Position numbers and translations under genes: made by a program. A DNA stretch of 32,000 nt from Caldivirga maquilingensis IC-167 (lineage in GTDB: Archaea > Thermoproteota > Thermoprotei > Thermoproteales > Thermocladiaceae), in the NCBI RefSeq assembly GCF_000018305.1, contig NC_009954.1, forward strand, positions 690,001 through 722,000, read 5' to 3'. Below the pieces are notes generated by a model that was given only the letters and a program-made list of their open reading frames with translations, was not told the origin of the DNA and searched no databases. Every line of letters begins with the position of its first letter. The first letter of the stretch is position 1. This document shows, piece after piece, positions 18,623 to 27,242 of the stretch.

Positions 18623-18631
18623 CTTTTTAAT
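18623..18631 (-). promoter_or_regulatory. tRNA-Trp TATA box (ATTAAAAAG on the minus strand)
   Basis: Lies 22-30 nt upstream of the mature tRNA 5' end, the canonical archaeal spacing. Confidence 0.5.
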
Positions 18632-18849
18632 GCTTTTCTCCATGATGCTACACATGACTTACTTAACTTCTATATTTTGAGAATTCTTAATTAATGCCAT
18701 AAGGGTAATCATTCTAGGATTATTAATACATTTAATCCCGTAGCACGGATGGTTACTACATAAATTATATAATTATCCTAGAAATCTTAATAATCTATAT
18801 AATATATGAATAGGAAAGAATTTTAAAAGCCACTAATGTGCCTTGAATT

Positions 18850-20331
18850 ATGTCAAGTGAAGCAAGTAATCCGAGCCTCCAAGATTTGCTTAGGATACTT
18901 GATAATAATAGAGTCAATAAGTTTTACTGGCTAATCACTATTTTAGCTGCTGTTGGAGGTTTCCTATTTGGCTACGACACTGCAGCAATTGGTACAGCTG
19001 AATTATTTGTACCATACCACTATGAAGGATTCCTACTTGGATACGAGGTTGCAAGTGCTTCACTTGGAGCAGCCATAGGGACGGTATTAGCATACTTTTA
19101 TACTGATAAATACGGTAGGAAATCATTACTCATAATTGACGCGTTAATTTATGCATTGGCTGCAATAGGTTCAGCGTTATCAGTGAATGGAATAATGTTA
19201 CTTATTATGAGGACTATACTTGGAGTTGCCATAGGTGCTGATTCTGCTATAGCAACAGCCTATATAACTGAGTATGCTCCTAAAGATAAGAGGGGTTCAT
19301 TAGCTATAATGCAGCAGTGGATGATAACAATAGGCATATTGGGATCTTACCTTATAGGTTCAGTAATCTTCTACATTGCACCAGCCTTAGCTTATTCTCT
19401 TGGCTGGAGACTGGTATTGGGTCTAGCAGCCGTACCCGCTATCATAGGTTTCGCCTTCAGGTTCATAATGCCTGAATCCCCTAGATGGCTACTATATACT
19501 GGTAAATTAGAGAGGCTGAAAATGGAGTTAAGGAAGTTCGGGTTCGATATTAATGATCGGGATTTAGAGAGGCTTAGGGCTATAACTTTAACTGAGGTGA
19601 GGGAGGCATCACTAGATAATGCGGCTAAGAAGGCTCTTGTAGTGGTTGGCTTATGGTTAGTATTCCAGCAGATAACCGGAATAAATGTGCCATTTTACTA
19701 CGGACCTATAGTTCTTTCAAAGCTTCACCTATTCGGTACCACAGCGAACCCGGTATATAGTAACATTTATGCAGTACTGGAATCTGCAATACTTGCCGCT
19801 ATAAATGTGGCAGCCACATTCATAGCCTTCAGATACATAGATAGAATCGGTAGAAGGACATTGGGGCTATCAGCATATATCGGTATGCTGATCTCCGACT
19901 TAATAGGAGGCATTTCAGTAATTAAAGGCTTCCTACCTGGTGTACTTATAGCATTTGCTGGGTTTATAATATTCTTCGCATACGGTGTTGGGGGTACTGG
20001 ATGGCTTATACAGGCAGAGTACTTTGATACGAGGATTAGGGGTAGGATGGCGGCAATAGGTGCATTAATAGATTGGTTAGCAAACTTCGCGCTTATTGAA
20101 GTCTTCCCTGTTATGTTATCCTCAATTGGACTTGCCGGTAGTATGTTCATTTTCGCGCTTCTCGATGTAGTAGCATTAGCCTTCGTTTACTTATTTATGC
20201 CTGAAACCAAGGGATTATCTTTAGAGGAGGTGGTGGAAATGTTTAGGCAAATACCATTTACACAGTTGAGACACGGTAGGGAACTTATAATCTCCGCGTT
20301 ATCTCAGGAGAGGGGAAGCAGTGAAAACTAG
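18850..20331 (+). CDS. MFS sugar-porter family transporter
   Basis: 493 aa, 12-TM pattern. Sugar-porter signatures are present: GRKSLLIIDALIY, PESPRWLL, PETKG. It ends in TAG and its codon usage differs from neighbouring genes. Confidence 0.88.
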   Translation: MSSEASNPSLQDLLRILDNNRVNKFYWLITILAAVGGFLFGYDTAAIGTAELFVPYHYEGFLLGYEVASASLGAAIGTVLAYFYTDKYGRKSLLIIDALIYALAAIGSALSVNGIMLLIMRTILGVAIGADSAIATAYITEYAPKDKRGSLAIMQQWMITIGILGSYLIGSVIFYIAPALAYSLGWRLVLGLAAVPAIIGFAFRFIMPESPRWLLYTGKLERLKMELRKFGFDINDRDLERLRAITLTEVREASLDNAAKKALVVVGLWLVFQQITGINVPFYYGPIVLSKLHLFGTTANPVYSNIYAVLESAILAAINVAATFIAFRYIDRIGRRTLGLSAYIGMLISDLIGGISVIKGFLPGVLIAFAGFIIFFAYGVGGTGWLIQAEYFDTRIRGRMAAIGALIDWLANFALIEVFPVMLSSIGLAGSMFIFALLDVVALAFVYLFMPETKGLSLEEVVEMFRQIPFTQLRHGRELIISALSQERGSSEN

Positions 20332-20504
20332 TTATTTTAGCTATTAAAATTTAGATTCATTAATTTATACTAGTCCCCTAACCTTACTTAGCTAGGATTA
20401 ATGTTTCACAGGCTTAAATACCATTAATCCTAAAGGCGTTATGCATTACCTTTAAATTTACGTACTAAGTTAAATTATTTAACTAGCCTGAGGTTGCCTG
20501 ACTT

Positions 20505-21476
20505 ATGGTTAAGGTTGTTGCCTCAACCATTAGGCTGCCTGAGGAGGCTAAGGTAATGCTATCAAGTTACGCCAAGGTTTACGAGTTACCTAATTTAAGT
20601 GAACCTGAGTTGATTAAGGTACTTGGGGAAGTTAATGCATTACTCTGCTGGTGTGGTAGTGACTTTGATTTAACTAAGTGGGTAAGATACATGCCTAACC
20701 TTGAGGTTATTCAAACATTTTCAGCCGGAGTGGATCACTTACCATACTCATCAATACCAAGTAACGTTAAGATATATAGTAATGCCGGAGCCTACTCAGT
20801 GCCTGTTGCTGAGCATGCATGGGCGCTCATATTAACTTTAGCTAAGGGTATTCACTCAGGATTAATGGATAGGGGTAATTACTTAAATGACCCAGCCTAC
20901 TCACCGAGGCAATTAACTGGGAGAAACCTCCTAGTTCTTGGAACAGGGGGTATTGGGAGTGAGGTGGCTAGGGTGGGTAAGTTGGCCTTCAGTATGCGGA
21001 CTATAGGCGTTAATAGGAGTGGTAGGCCTGCCCAGTACTTTGATGAGGTTCACCCAATTAGTGAGCTTAAGGGTGTTTTACCAAGAGCCAACGTAATGGT
21101 GGTGGCGTTACCATTAACTAAGTACACTAGGGGGCTTTTAGGCGAGGCCGAGCTTAACCTGCTTCCCGAGGATGCAATAGTGGTTAATGTGGCTAGGGGT
21201 GATATTGTTAAGGAGGATGACTTATACAGGGTTTTAACCAGGAGGCGTGGTTTAAGGTTTGGTACCGACGTGTTCTGGGATTACGGTTCAGGGGAATCCT
21301 TAAACCCAAGAACAGGGTTACTGAACTTACCAAACTTCATAGGTACACCTCACATTGCTGGTGGTGCTCAACCTGATGTCGCTAGGAATGCCGTAATTAT
21401 GGCTGTCACTAACCTCACCAGGTACCTTAAGGGTGAGCATGCGTTAAATGAGGTTAATAGGAGTGATTACGTTTAG
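20505..21476 (+). CDS. D-isomer-specific 2-hydroxyacid dehydrogenase family protein (glyoxylate/hydroxypyruvate reductase- or PGDH-like)
   Basis: NAD-binding GTGGIGSEVA, VNVARGDIV and GTPHIAG catalytic His motifs; 323 aa. Confidence 0.85.
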   Translation: MVKVVASTIRLPEEAKVMLSSYAKVYELPNLSEPELIKVLGEVNALLCWCGSDFDLTKWVRYMPNLEVIQTFSAGVDHLPYSSIPSNVKIYSNAGAYSVPVAEHAWALILTLAKGIHSGLMDRGNYLNDPAYSPRQLTGRNLLVLGTGGIGSEVARVGKLAFSMRTIGVNRSGRPAQYFDEVHPISELKGVLPRANVMVVALPLTKYTRGLLGEAELNLLPEDAIVVNVARGDIVKEDDLYRVLTRRRGLRFGTDVFWDYGSGESLNPRTGLLNLPNFIGTPHIAGGAQPDVARNAVIMAVTNLTRYLKGEHALNEVNRSDYV

Positions 21477-22164
21477 GAGCCTCTAATAGCCTAATCCTCT
21501 CCTCCTTAATTCTAACGCATTCCTGTATGCTTAATTGACCAGGCGCAGTCCCATCACCCGTGGAGCAGTACATTAAGGCTGTGCCAAGCATTATCGCAGC
21601 AGCCCTCTGTATAGGCTGCATGGGCACTATGGCCACAGGTACTTCCCTTTCCTTAACCAGTAACTCCACTAATGCTGGTAAATCATCCCCATTAATTGTG
21701 GCTACCTTGTAGGTGAAGGCATTCATGGAGTTGGCTAACTCGTAGTCACTAGTGATTATTCCCCTAATGTCAGGGCGTTTATTAAAAATATGCCTAGATA
21801 ATATCACATCACCCCATGATGCAATGTACCTGGCGTACCTCCTGGCGAATTCAACCTCAATATCCACTAGTGCACCGTTTTCATGGGCAAGGTTAATGAT
21901 CTTAAGTTTCAATGATGAATCAACCTGATTAACACCCCCCTCCTCATGATCCCTAACCGTTACTATTACCTTAACCCTACTTAGTAATTTCTTAATTAAG
22001 CTACTTAATTCACTCAACCTAGCCTCAATTTCATTACCCATGTAATCAAGCCTTAACTCAACGGCCTCGCATCCACTGGGTGGGTTCAATTCCTCAATAC
22101 TCTTAACGGGTACTGCACACACAAGCATTGGTCTATTGGCGCTTAAGGCAGTTTTATGAGGCAT
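21454..22164 (-). CDS. aroD: type I 3-dehydroquinate dehydratase
   Basis: ELRLDY, TVRDHEEGG, ILSRHIF, YKVA (Schiff-base Lys context) and APGQLS motifs; 236 aa. Its 3' end overlaps the convergent dehydrogenase gene by 23 nt. Confidence 0.85.
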   Translation of the reverse strand: MPHKTALSANRPMLVCAVPVKSIEELNPPSGCEAVELRLDYMGNEIEARLSELSSLIKKLLSRVKVIVTVRDHEEGGVNQVDSSLKLKIINLAHENGALVDIEVEFARRYARYIASWGDVILSRHIFNKRPDIRGIITSDYELANSMNAFTYKVATINGDDLPALVELLVKEREVPVAIVPMQPIQRAAAIMLGTALMYCSTGDGTAPGQLSIQECVRIKEERIRLLEAPKRNHSY

Positions 22165-22208
22165 TGGGGGAGTAATGTATTTCAGTAGTTTTATGCTTAA
22201 CTCAAGCT

Positions 22209-22499
22209 ATGCGTGGTGTAATATTCATTGTTAGTGATGGGAAGGTTAAGGATGCTGCATTACTAGTGAGTGAGGAGTTGGGGTTACCTATAGTTACTAG
22301 TGTTGGTAATGGGGTTTTACCCATACTTAACCCTGAATCCGGTAAAGCTATTATCGAGTCCCTGGTAAGGAGTATTGATGAGGATTTATTCATAGTGCTT
22401 ATTATCGGTAAGGGAACATGGTCCATTATTGAGAAGACGGTGTCCCAGATTGATATTGCTAGGTTACTTATGAGGCTTGAATTAAGGAGTGTCGGCTAA
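22209..22499 (+). CDS. hypothetical 96-aa protein
   Basis: MRGVIFIVSDGKVKDAALLVSEELGLPIVT... has an alternating beta/alpha-like pattern. The opposing ORF 22202..22426 is S/T/L/P low-complexity and looks like its shadow. I recognise no family, and promoter evidence is weak. Confidence 0.4.
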   Translation: MRGVIFIVSDGKVKDAALLVSEELGLPIVTSVGNGVLPILNPESGKAIIESLVRSIDEDLFIVLIIGKGTWSIIEKTVSQIDIARLLMRLELRSVG

Positions 22500-22506
22500 G
22501 GGTTAC

Positions 22507-23016
22507 TTAACTGGGGTTAATGTTCTTCTCATACTTCGATATCAACTCATCGTAGGCTCCCTGATCAATCTCCTTAATAACCTCCTTGGGATCCTTACCG
22601 TTCACAGTTAATCCAATGGACCTGCATGTACTAACCACCTGCTTTAAGGCTGATTTAAAGGACTTACTACCCAACTCCTCAATCTTAATTAAAGCAACCT
22701 CAGCCAACTTCTCCAGTGGTATGTCACCTATTATCTCCTTACCGGCCTGGTGGCTTGGTGAATCCTTACCAGCAACCTTAAGTATAATGTCTGTTATTGG
22801 TGGGTAATCAATGTTAATCCTAAGAACCCTCTTAGATGAATCATCGTACTCAACCTCAATGTTAAGGTTCTGGAAACCAAGCGCAGCCACCTGCTTAATC
22901 CTATTATTAATTAGATTAACCACCTCCTGCGCATTTAACCCAGCACCCTGCAGCTGCTGCATGGCCTGTGGGGGTACCTTACCGCCGCTTGTCTGAATTC
23001 TAATAACCCTCTTCAT
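22507..23016 (-). CDS. rpl11: ribosomal protein uL11 homologue
   Basis: 169 aa. The C-terminal domain (LEKLAEVALIK...ALKQVVSTCRSIGLTVNGKDPKEVIKEIDQGAYDELI) is archaeal L11-like. The N-terminal domain has GGKVPPQAMQQLQGAGLNAQEVV instead of the usual GG..PGPPLGP.LG loop. Confidence 0.8.
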   Translation of the reverse strand: MKRVIRIQTSGGKVPPQAMQQLQGAGLNAQEVVNLINNRIKQVAALGFQNLNIEVEYDDSSKRVLRINIDYPPITDIILKVAGKDSPSHQAGKEIIGDIPLEKLAEVALIKIEELGSKSFKSALKQVVSTCRSIGLTVNGKDPKEVIKEIDQGAYDELISKYEKNINPS

Positions 23017-23038
23017 TAAGCCCCGTTCACACCCCCTC

Positions 23039-23048
23039 TTTTAAATTT
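23039..23048 (-). promoter_or_regulatory. uL11 TATA box (AAATTTAAAA on the minus strand)
   Basis: Centred ~27 nt upstream of ATG 23016. Confidence 0.45.
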
Positions 23049-23182
23049 GACCCAAGGTGACCTTAATTACATGACTGAGGCATTAGGTTTAACCGGAGTG
23101 GAAACCAAGACAGATGACATTATTTAAACGAACCCTAGGCTCATTGCTAATACGGGGTAAGTGGTATTGAAATTCACTGGGA

Positions 23183-23542
23183 TTAGTCTCCACCAATCTT
23201 CTCCTCCTTACCATGCCTCACTATCCTAACCTTTGTTTCAATGGGGACATGTAACCCTACATTCTCTAGTATATTGTATAATTCACCGTCAGTTAACTCA
23301 CCTATGGCTCCATCTCTGCGTAATTTAATTAATTGCCTAAAGACAGTTAATGCCGCCTCCCCATAAATCTCAATAGCCTTATTAATTATCTCCTCAGCCC
23401 TCTCACCTTTGACCATAGCCTTAACCTCACTAACTACGTCAGTGGGCTTCTCCTCAGGCCCCTTCCTAGGCTGCTGCGCCATTAGGTTCATTAACTTCCT
23501 AAGCCTGATTAACTCAAGTTCAGGATCCTTATCGCCACTCAT
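23183..23542 (-). CDS. PDCD5/TFAR19-like double-stranded DNA-binding protein
   Basis: 119 aa. ELELIRLRKLMNLMAQQ N-terminal helix, a charged middle region, and a C-terminal GAIGELTDGELYNILENV pattern typical of the archaeal PDCD5-related family. Confidence 0.7.
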   Translation of the reverse strand: MSGDKDPELELIRLRKLMNLMAQQPRKGPEEKPTDVVSEVKAMVKGERAEEIINKAIEIYGEAALTVFRQLIKLRRDGAIGELTDGELYNILENVGLHVPIETKVRIVRHGKEEKIGGD

Positions 23543-23654
23543 ACTGATTAACTCTAGGTGAGTGAATCAGTTATAAAACATTCCCCTTAACTCAGTAATC
23601 CCTATTCGTGAATCAATGAAGCCTATGATTAACCATAACTTACATAATGTTTGC

Positions 23655-24089
23655 TTACGCGCCTCCCTTACGGAAGACTACCTCATGCCTAAGCTTCAAC
23701 TCACGCTGCCTCTGCTTCCTCCTCCACTTATACCTATGAGTCTCCCTTAAACCAATACTAAGGAGACCCCTAGCCCTCCTACCCGCTGGTGTAACACCCC
23801 TGAAAGCCCTCCCTCTCTTAGGCTTTACCAGTCTCCTCTTGGGTATTGAGGGTAATGGTAACTGGGATACATCAGTAACATTAACTACCTTACTCACGTA
23901 CTCCTGAAGAGCCTTAACATTCCACTCCCAGGTTGATTTACGCCTGGTATCAACAGGTATACCTAACAGCCTAGCCTCATTAACAGTTAAGTTAATGGCC
24001 TTAATCTCACTAATGGAGAATCCTCTACCCTGCTTCATCTTCCCATCCTTAGGCGACTTAACCATGGCCACAGGCGGATTAATGGACAC
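23655..24089 (-). CDS. rpl13e: ribosomal protein eL13 (L13e)
   Basis: GRGFSISEIKA...ARLLGIPVDTRRKS...NVKALQEYVSK matches the L13e core, with a very basic C-terminal tail. The track start is GTG 24089; the alternative is ATG 24065. Confidence 0.8.
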   Translation of the reverse strand: MSINPPVAMVKSPKDGKMKQGRGFSISEIKAINLTVNEARLLGIPVDTRRKSTWEWNVKALQEYVSKVVNVTDVSQLPLPSIPKRRLVKPKRGRAFRGVTPAGRRARGLLSIGLRETHRYKWRRKQRQRELKLRHEVVFRKGGA

Positions 24090-24176
24090 GGTTAAACCTT
24101 AGGCCAAGGCATTAATAAGCTTTACTGAACCATGTTAAACTAAACATTAGATCCACTTCCCCTTATTTAATTAAAG

Positions 24177-24190
24177 CAGTGAATTCACTG
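24177..24190. promoter_or_regulatory. 14-bp perfect palindrome CAGTGAATTCACTG
   Basis: Lies in the 211-bp divergent spacer between rpl13e and the MFS gene. It is a candidate operator with no known cognate factor. Confidence 0.25.
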
Positions 24191-24300
24191 TGCTATGTAA
24201 GACTAAGGCAATGAATCATGGATGCAAGGTATCTTCCCTGGATCCTTAGAATTTAAAATAGGATTATTAATCTCATTTTTAAAGAGTAAGGTAATCTACC

Positions 24301-25467
24301 TTGAGTCTCAGTATGAGTGACGGTAAGGTATTCATGATTAATACCGTATCAAGGATTGGGTACGGTATAATGGTGATAGCAATACCCTACTATATTCCAA
24401 GCCACCTAGCAGCACTGGTGGGTGTAGTATTGTCTGCTTACCCAATAGCTGAGGCCTTAGTATCAATACCAGTGGGCTTAATGGCTAATAGGTTTAAGGC
24501 TAATTACCTGGTTTCAATTGGGGTACTGGTTATGTCTGTTTCAGCTGTTTTATTCACGGTGAGTAATAATTGGGTCACTTTAACAATACTGCATGGTGTA
24601 ATGGGTGTTGCTGCAGCCTTAATGACTGTACCATTATTAACATTAGTAGCGTACAGGAGGATTAAGTTAGGCTTAGGATACGGAGGCTTCTTCTCAACAT
24701 ACTTTGCAGGTTACATAATTGGCATTGGTGTAAGCGGCTTAATGCAGAGGTTGATTAGTAATAGTGTTGAGGCTGCACGGGTATCAATGATAATTGCGGC
24801 AGTGACATTCTTAATAACACTGCCCATTGCATTAATGCTTAAGGGCGAACGTAACGCTAAGGCACCTAGTAGACCAAGATTAAGGCGTAGTGCATTAACC
24901 CTCTTCCCACTTTGGTTAGGTATAATGATTATGCTTGGGATAGCCTTTACCTTACCCACGGGCTTAACCACGCACCTTAACATTAGCGGAGCCTACGTTG
25001 CCTTAATATACGTCTCAGCGGCATTAGTGTTAGCCCTAGGTATGATGATGTTCGGTGCATTGGTTGATAGGATAGGGGCTGTGAGAACTATTATAATTGG
25101 TTTAATAGGCCTAGTCCTAATCATAGGTATAGCATACTTAGCGGTGTCGGGGGAAATAAGCATTAGCAGCGCCATAATACCCCTAGCCCCCTCAGTACTC
25201 TTAGCCTCAGCCCTAGTGCCGTCAATATACGCGTACATTGGGTACAGGATTGAGGAGGGGTCTGAGGGATTGATAATGGGTGTCTACAATGTACCAACAG
25301 CAGTAGGTATAGCCATAGGTAACCTACTCGGTGGCTTCTCAGTAAGCCATCTCGGCCTAGGTTTAACAGTGACCTCAGCGGCTTTAGTATTGGCATTATC
25401 CATGCTACTCACTGCATTACTATGGGTTATCCAGGATGCACGCAGTCATATTAATCAGCCGACTTAG
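24301..25467 (+). CDS. MFS transporter
   Basis: 388 aa, roughly 12 hydrophobic segments. The track start is TTG 24301. ATG 24313 is more likely, since TTTTTAAAG at 24276-24284 lies ~33 nt upstream of it. Confidence 0.8.
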   Translation: MSLSMSDGKVFMINTVSRIGYGIMVIAIPYYIPSHLAALVGVVLSAYPIAEALVSIPVGLMANRFKANYLVSIGVLVMSVSAVLFTVSNNWVTLTILHGVMGVAAALMTVPLLTLVAYRRIKLGLGYGGFFSTYFAGYIIGIGVSGLMQRLISNSVEAARVSMIIAAVTFLITLPIALMLKGERNAKAPSRPRLRRSALTLFPLWLGIMIMLGIAFTLPTGLTTHLNISGAYVALIYVSAALVLALGMMMFGALVDRIGAVRTIIIGLIGLVLIIGIAYLAVSGEISISSAIIPLAPSVLLASALVPSIYAYIGYRIEEGSEGLIMGVYNVPTAVGIAIGNLLGGFSVSHLGLGLTVTSAALVLALSMLLTALLWVIQDARSHINQPT

Positions 25468-25614
25468 GCGTCTTCACCAATACGTGTGGGTTCAATTCAT
25501 CACTCAAGTAACTTAGTGGTTAGGCAGTTAATAAGTGTTTCCAAGTCATTAAATAGTCTATTTGCCTAAGTCTGAACTTACCTAAGCCACTATATTGACG
25601 AGTAAAACTTATAA

Positions 25615-27117
25615 ATGAGTCAACAGCAGCTATTTATGCAGGCCTCAGTAATAGGTTATATAAATAGAATGAAGTGGGTAATAAACATGGTATATATATT
25701 ATCCGTGGTTTATATAGTGGTCTCAAGCGTCCTCATAGTTAAGGCTCAATCGCAACAGTTAAGTGGGTATCCTTCATCATCAGTACCCAATTGGCTTGAC
25801 ACTGGTAGCAACGCCTGGGTACTCACTGCAGCCACATTGGTGGGTTTAATGAGTGTGCCCGGCTTAATGCTATTCTACGGTGGCTTAACTAAGAGGAAGT
25901 ATGCTATAAACACAATGATGATGGTTCTATATGCGTTCTCAATAGTGCTTGTGCTTTGGGTTCTCTTTGAGTATGAGGAGTCCTTTGGATCACCATTATT
26001 AGCCATTAAGGGCTTTGGTGTGCTGGGTAAGCCAATACCAATACTGAGCAGTGGTTTGCTTGGATCCCAGGCCGTTATACCACTTGCACAACAGGCCCCA
26101 AATATAACTCTATCAACATTAGCCTACTTCCAATTCGTATTCGCCGCAATAACACCAGCGTTAATAGTGGGGGCGTTGATTGAGAGGATGAATTTCAAGG
26201 CTTGGATGCTCTTCGTACCATTATGGTCAGCGCTGGTTTATGGACCAGTGGCCTACTGGCTCTGGGGTGGGGGTTGGTTAATGAGGCTTGGTGCTGTTGA
26301 CTTCTCAGGCGGGTACGTAATACACCTTGATGCCGGTGTAGCAGCCGTCATTGCTGCAATGCTTGTTGGACCTAGGTTGAATGAGGAGAGGAAGCTGGCT
26401 CCACATAACTTGACCCAGGTAGCCGCTGGATTAGGGCTCCTCTGGCTTGGTTGGAATGGATTCAATGGTGGTGATCCATATGGAGTAACCATAGATGCAT
26501 CAATAGCTGTCCTAAACACTAACTTAGCTGCAGCAATGGCTTTACTGGCGTGGGTTATCTTGGATGAGGCTGTTTACGGTAAGGTAAGCCTAACCGGCGC
26601 TGCCTCTGGTGCGGTGGCTGGGTTAGTTGGCATAACCCCAGCTGCTGGTTACGTTAATGGGCTTGGTGCATTAGTCATAGGTGTTGTATCCGGTGCCGCT
26701 GCCTGGGCCTCATTGAACCTCATTCAATACAGGATCATGCCGCTGAGGAATATTGATGACGCCACCGGTGTATTCTCAACACACACCGTACCAGGTTTCC
26801 TAGGTGGTGTTTTAACCGGTGTATTTGCTGATCCACGTATAGCAGACTTCATAGACCCAGGCCTAGCAGGTGCATTATACGGTAATGTTTACCAATTATT
26901 AATTCAAGTAATAGCCGCAATGGTGGTAATAGCCTACAGTGGATTAATGACGTTCGCAATACTTAAACTGGTGAGTAAGGTGACCCCATTGAGGGCGTCT
27001 GAGTGGGTTCTTAGGGTTGGTGACCGTGAAATGCACGGTGAGGTGGCTTACGATGAGTATGCATTCCCGATTCAAGTGGGGGATGTTGAGGTAATCAATG
27101 GTAGAAGTAGGGAATGA
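25615..27117 (+). CDS. amt: ammonium transporter (Amt family)
   Basis: AVDFSGGYVIHLDAGVAA, LGWNGFNGG and C-terminal HGEVAY motifs. The start is uncertain. A strong TTATATAAAT box at 25651-25660 lies inside the annotated 5' end, so Met19 (25669) or Met25 (25687) may be the real start. No glnK/PII gene is adjacent. Confidence 0.9.
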   Translation: MSQQQLFMQASVIGYINRMKWVINMVYILSVVYIVVSSVLIVKAQSQQLSGYPSSSVPNWLDTGSNAWVLTAATLVGLMSVPGLMLFYGGLTKRKYAINTMMMVLYAFSIVLVLWVLFEYEESFGSPLLAIKGFGVLGKPIPILSSGLLGSQAVIPLAQQAPNITLSTLAYFQFVFAAITPALIVGALIERMNFKAWMLFVPLWSALVYGPVAYWLWGGGWLMRLGAVDFSGGYVIHLDAGVAAVIAAMLVGPRLNEERKLAPHNLTQVAAGLGLLWLGWNGFNGGDPYGVTIDASIAVLNTNLAAAMALLAWVILDEAVYGKVSLTGAASGAVAGLVGITPAAGYVNGLGALVIGVVSGAAAWASLNLIQYRIMPLRNIDDATGVFSTHTVPGFLGGVLTGVFADPRIADFIDPGLAGALYGNVYQLLIQVIAAMVVIAYSGLMTFAILKLVSKVTPLRASEWVLRVGDREMHGEVAYDEYAFPIQVGDVEVINGRSRE

Positions 27118-27242
27118 ATCATAGTATTTATTAAAAATGTGAATTATAGTTAGTAATTAATAATCTTATGGTAATGCTATATAATAGTTTACTTAAGCTA
27201 TATATGGGAATGCATTTAAACTTCATAGGAATTCAATAATCA

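Noticed and set aside
18642-18690. C/D-box-sRNA-like string ATGATGC...TTGAG upstream of tRNA-Trp
   Set aside because: The C box is imperfect (ATGATGC rather than RTGATGA). There is no CTGA D box at the right distance and no C'/D' pair.
18737-18748. CCCGTAGCACGG, resembling the 5' part of tRNA-Trp (CCCGTAGCTCAGCACGG), a possible att-site duplicate
   Set aside because: Only 8+4 nt match, with a 5-nt gap. It is on the opposite strand and corresponds to the 5' rather than the 3' tRNA end. It is most likely chance.
18938-20150. ORFs 18938..19126(-) and 19767..20150(-)
   Set aside because: They are antisense to the well-supported sugar-porter gene.
22202-22426. 74-aa minus-strand ORF
   Set aside because: Its S/T/L/P-rich low-complexity translation suggests a shadow. 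The opposing 96-aa ORF is more protein-like, although neither is proven.
22586-22996. ORFs 22586..22807(+) and 22811..22996(+)
   Set aside because: They are antisense to the uL11 gene.
23098-23105. GTGGAAAC, matching the core of crenarchaeal origin-recognition-box (ORB/mini-ORB) elements, in the uL11/PDCD5 spacer
   Set aside because: It is a single 8-mer with non-matching flanks. There is no inverted partner, AT-rich unwinding element or adjacent orc1/cdc6 gene, so chance is the simplest explanation.
24711-26519. ORFs 24711..24983(-), 24993..25238(-), 25163..25396(-), 26253..26519(-)
   Set aside because: They are antisense to the MFS and Amt membrane-protein genes. GC-rich hydrophobic codons read backwards stay open.
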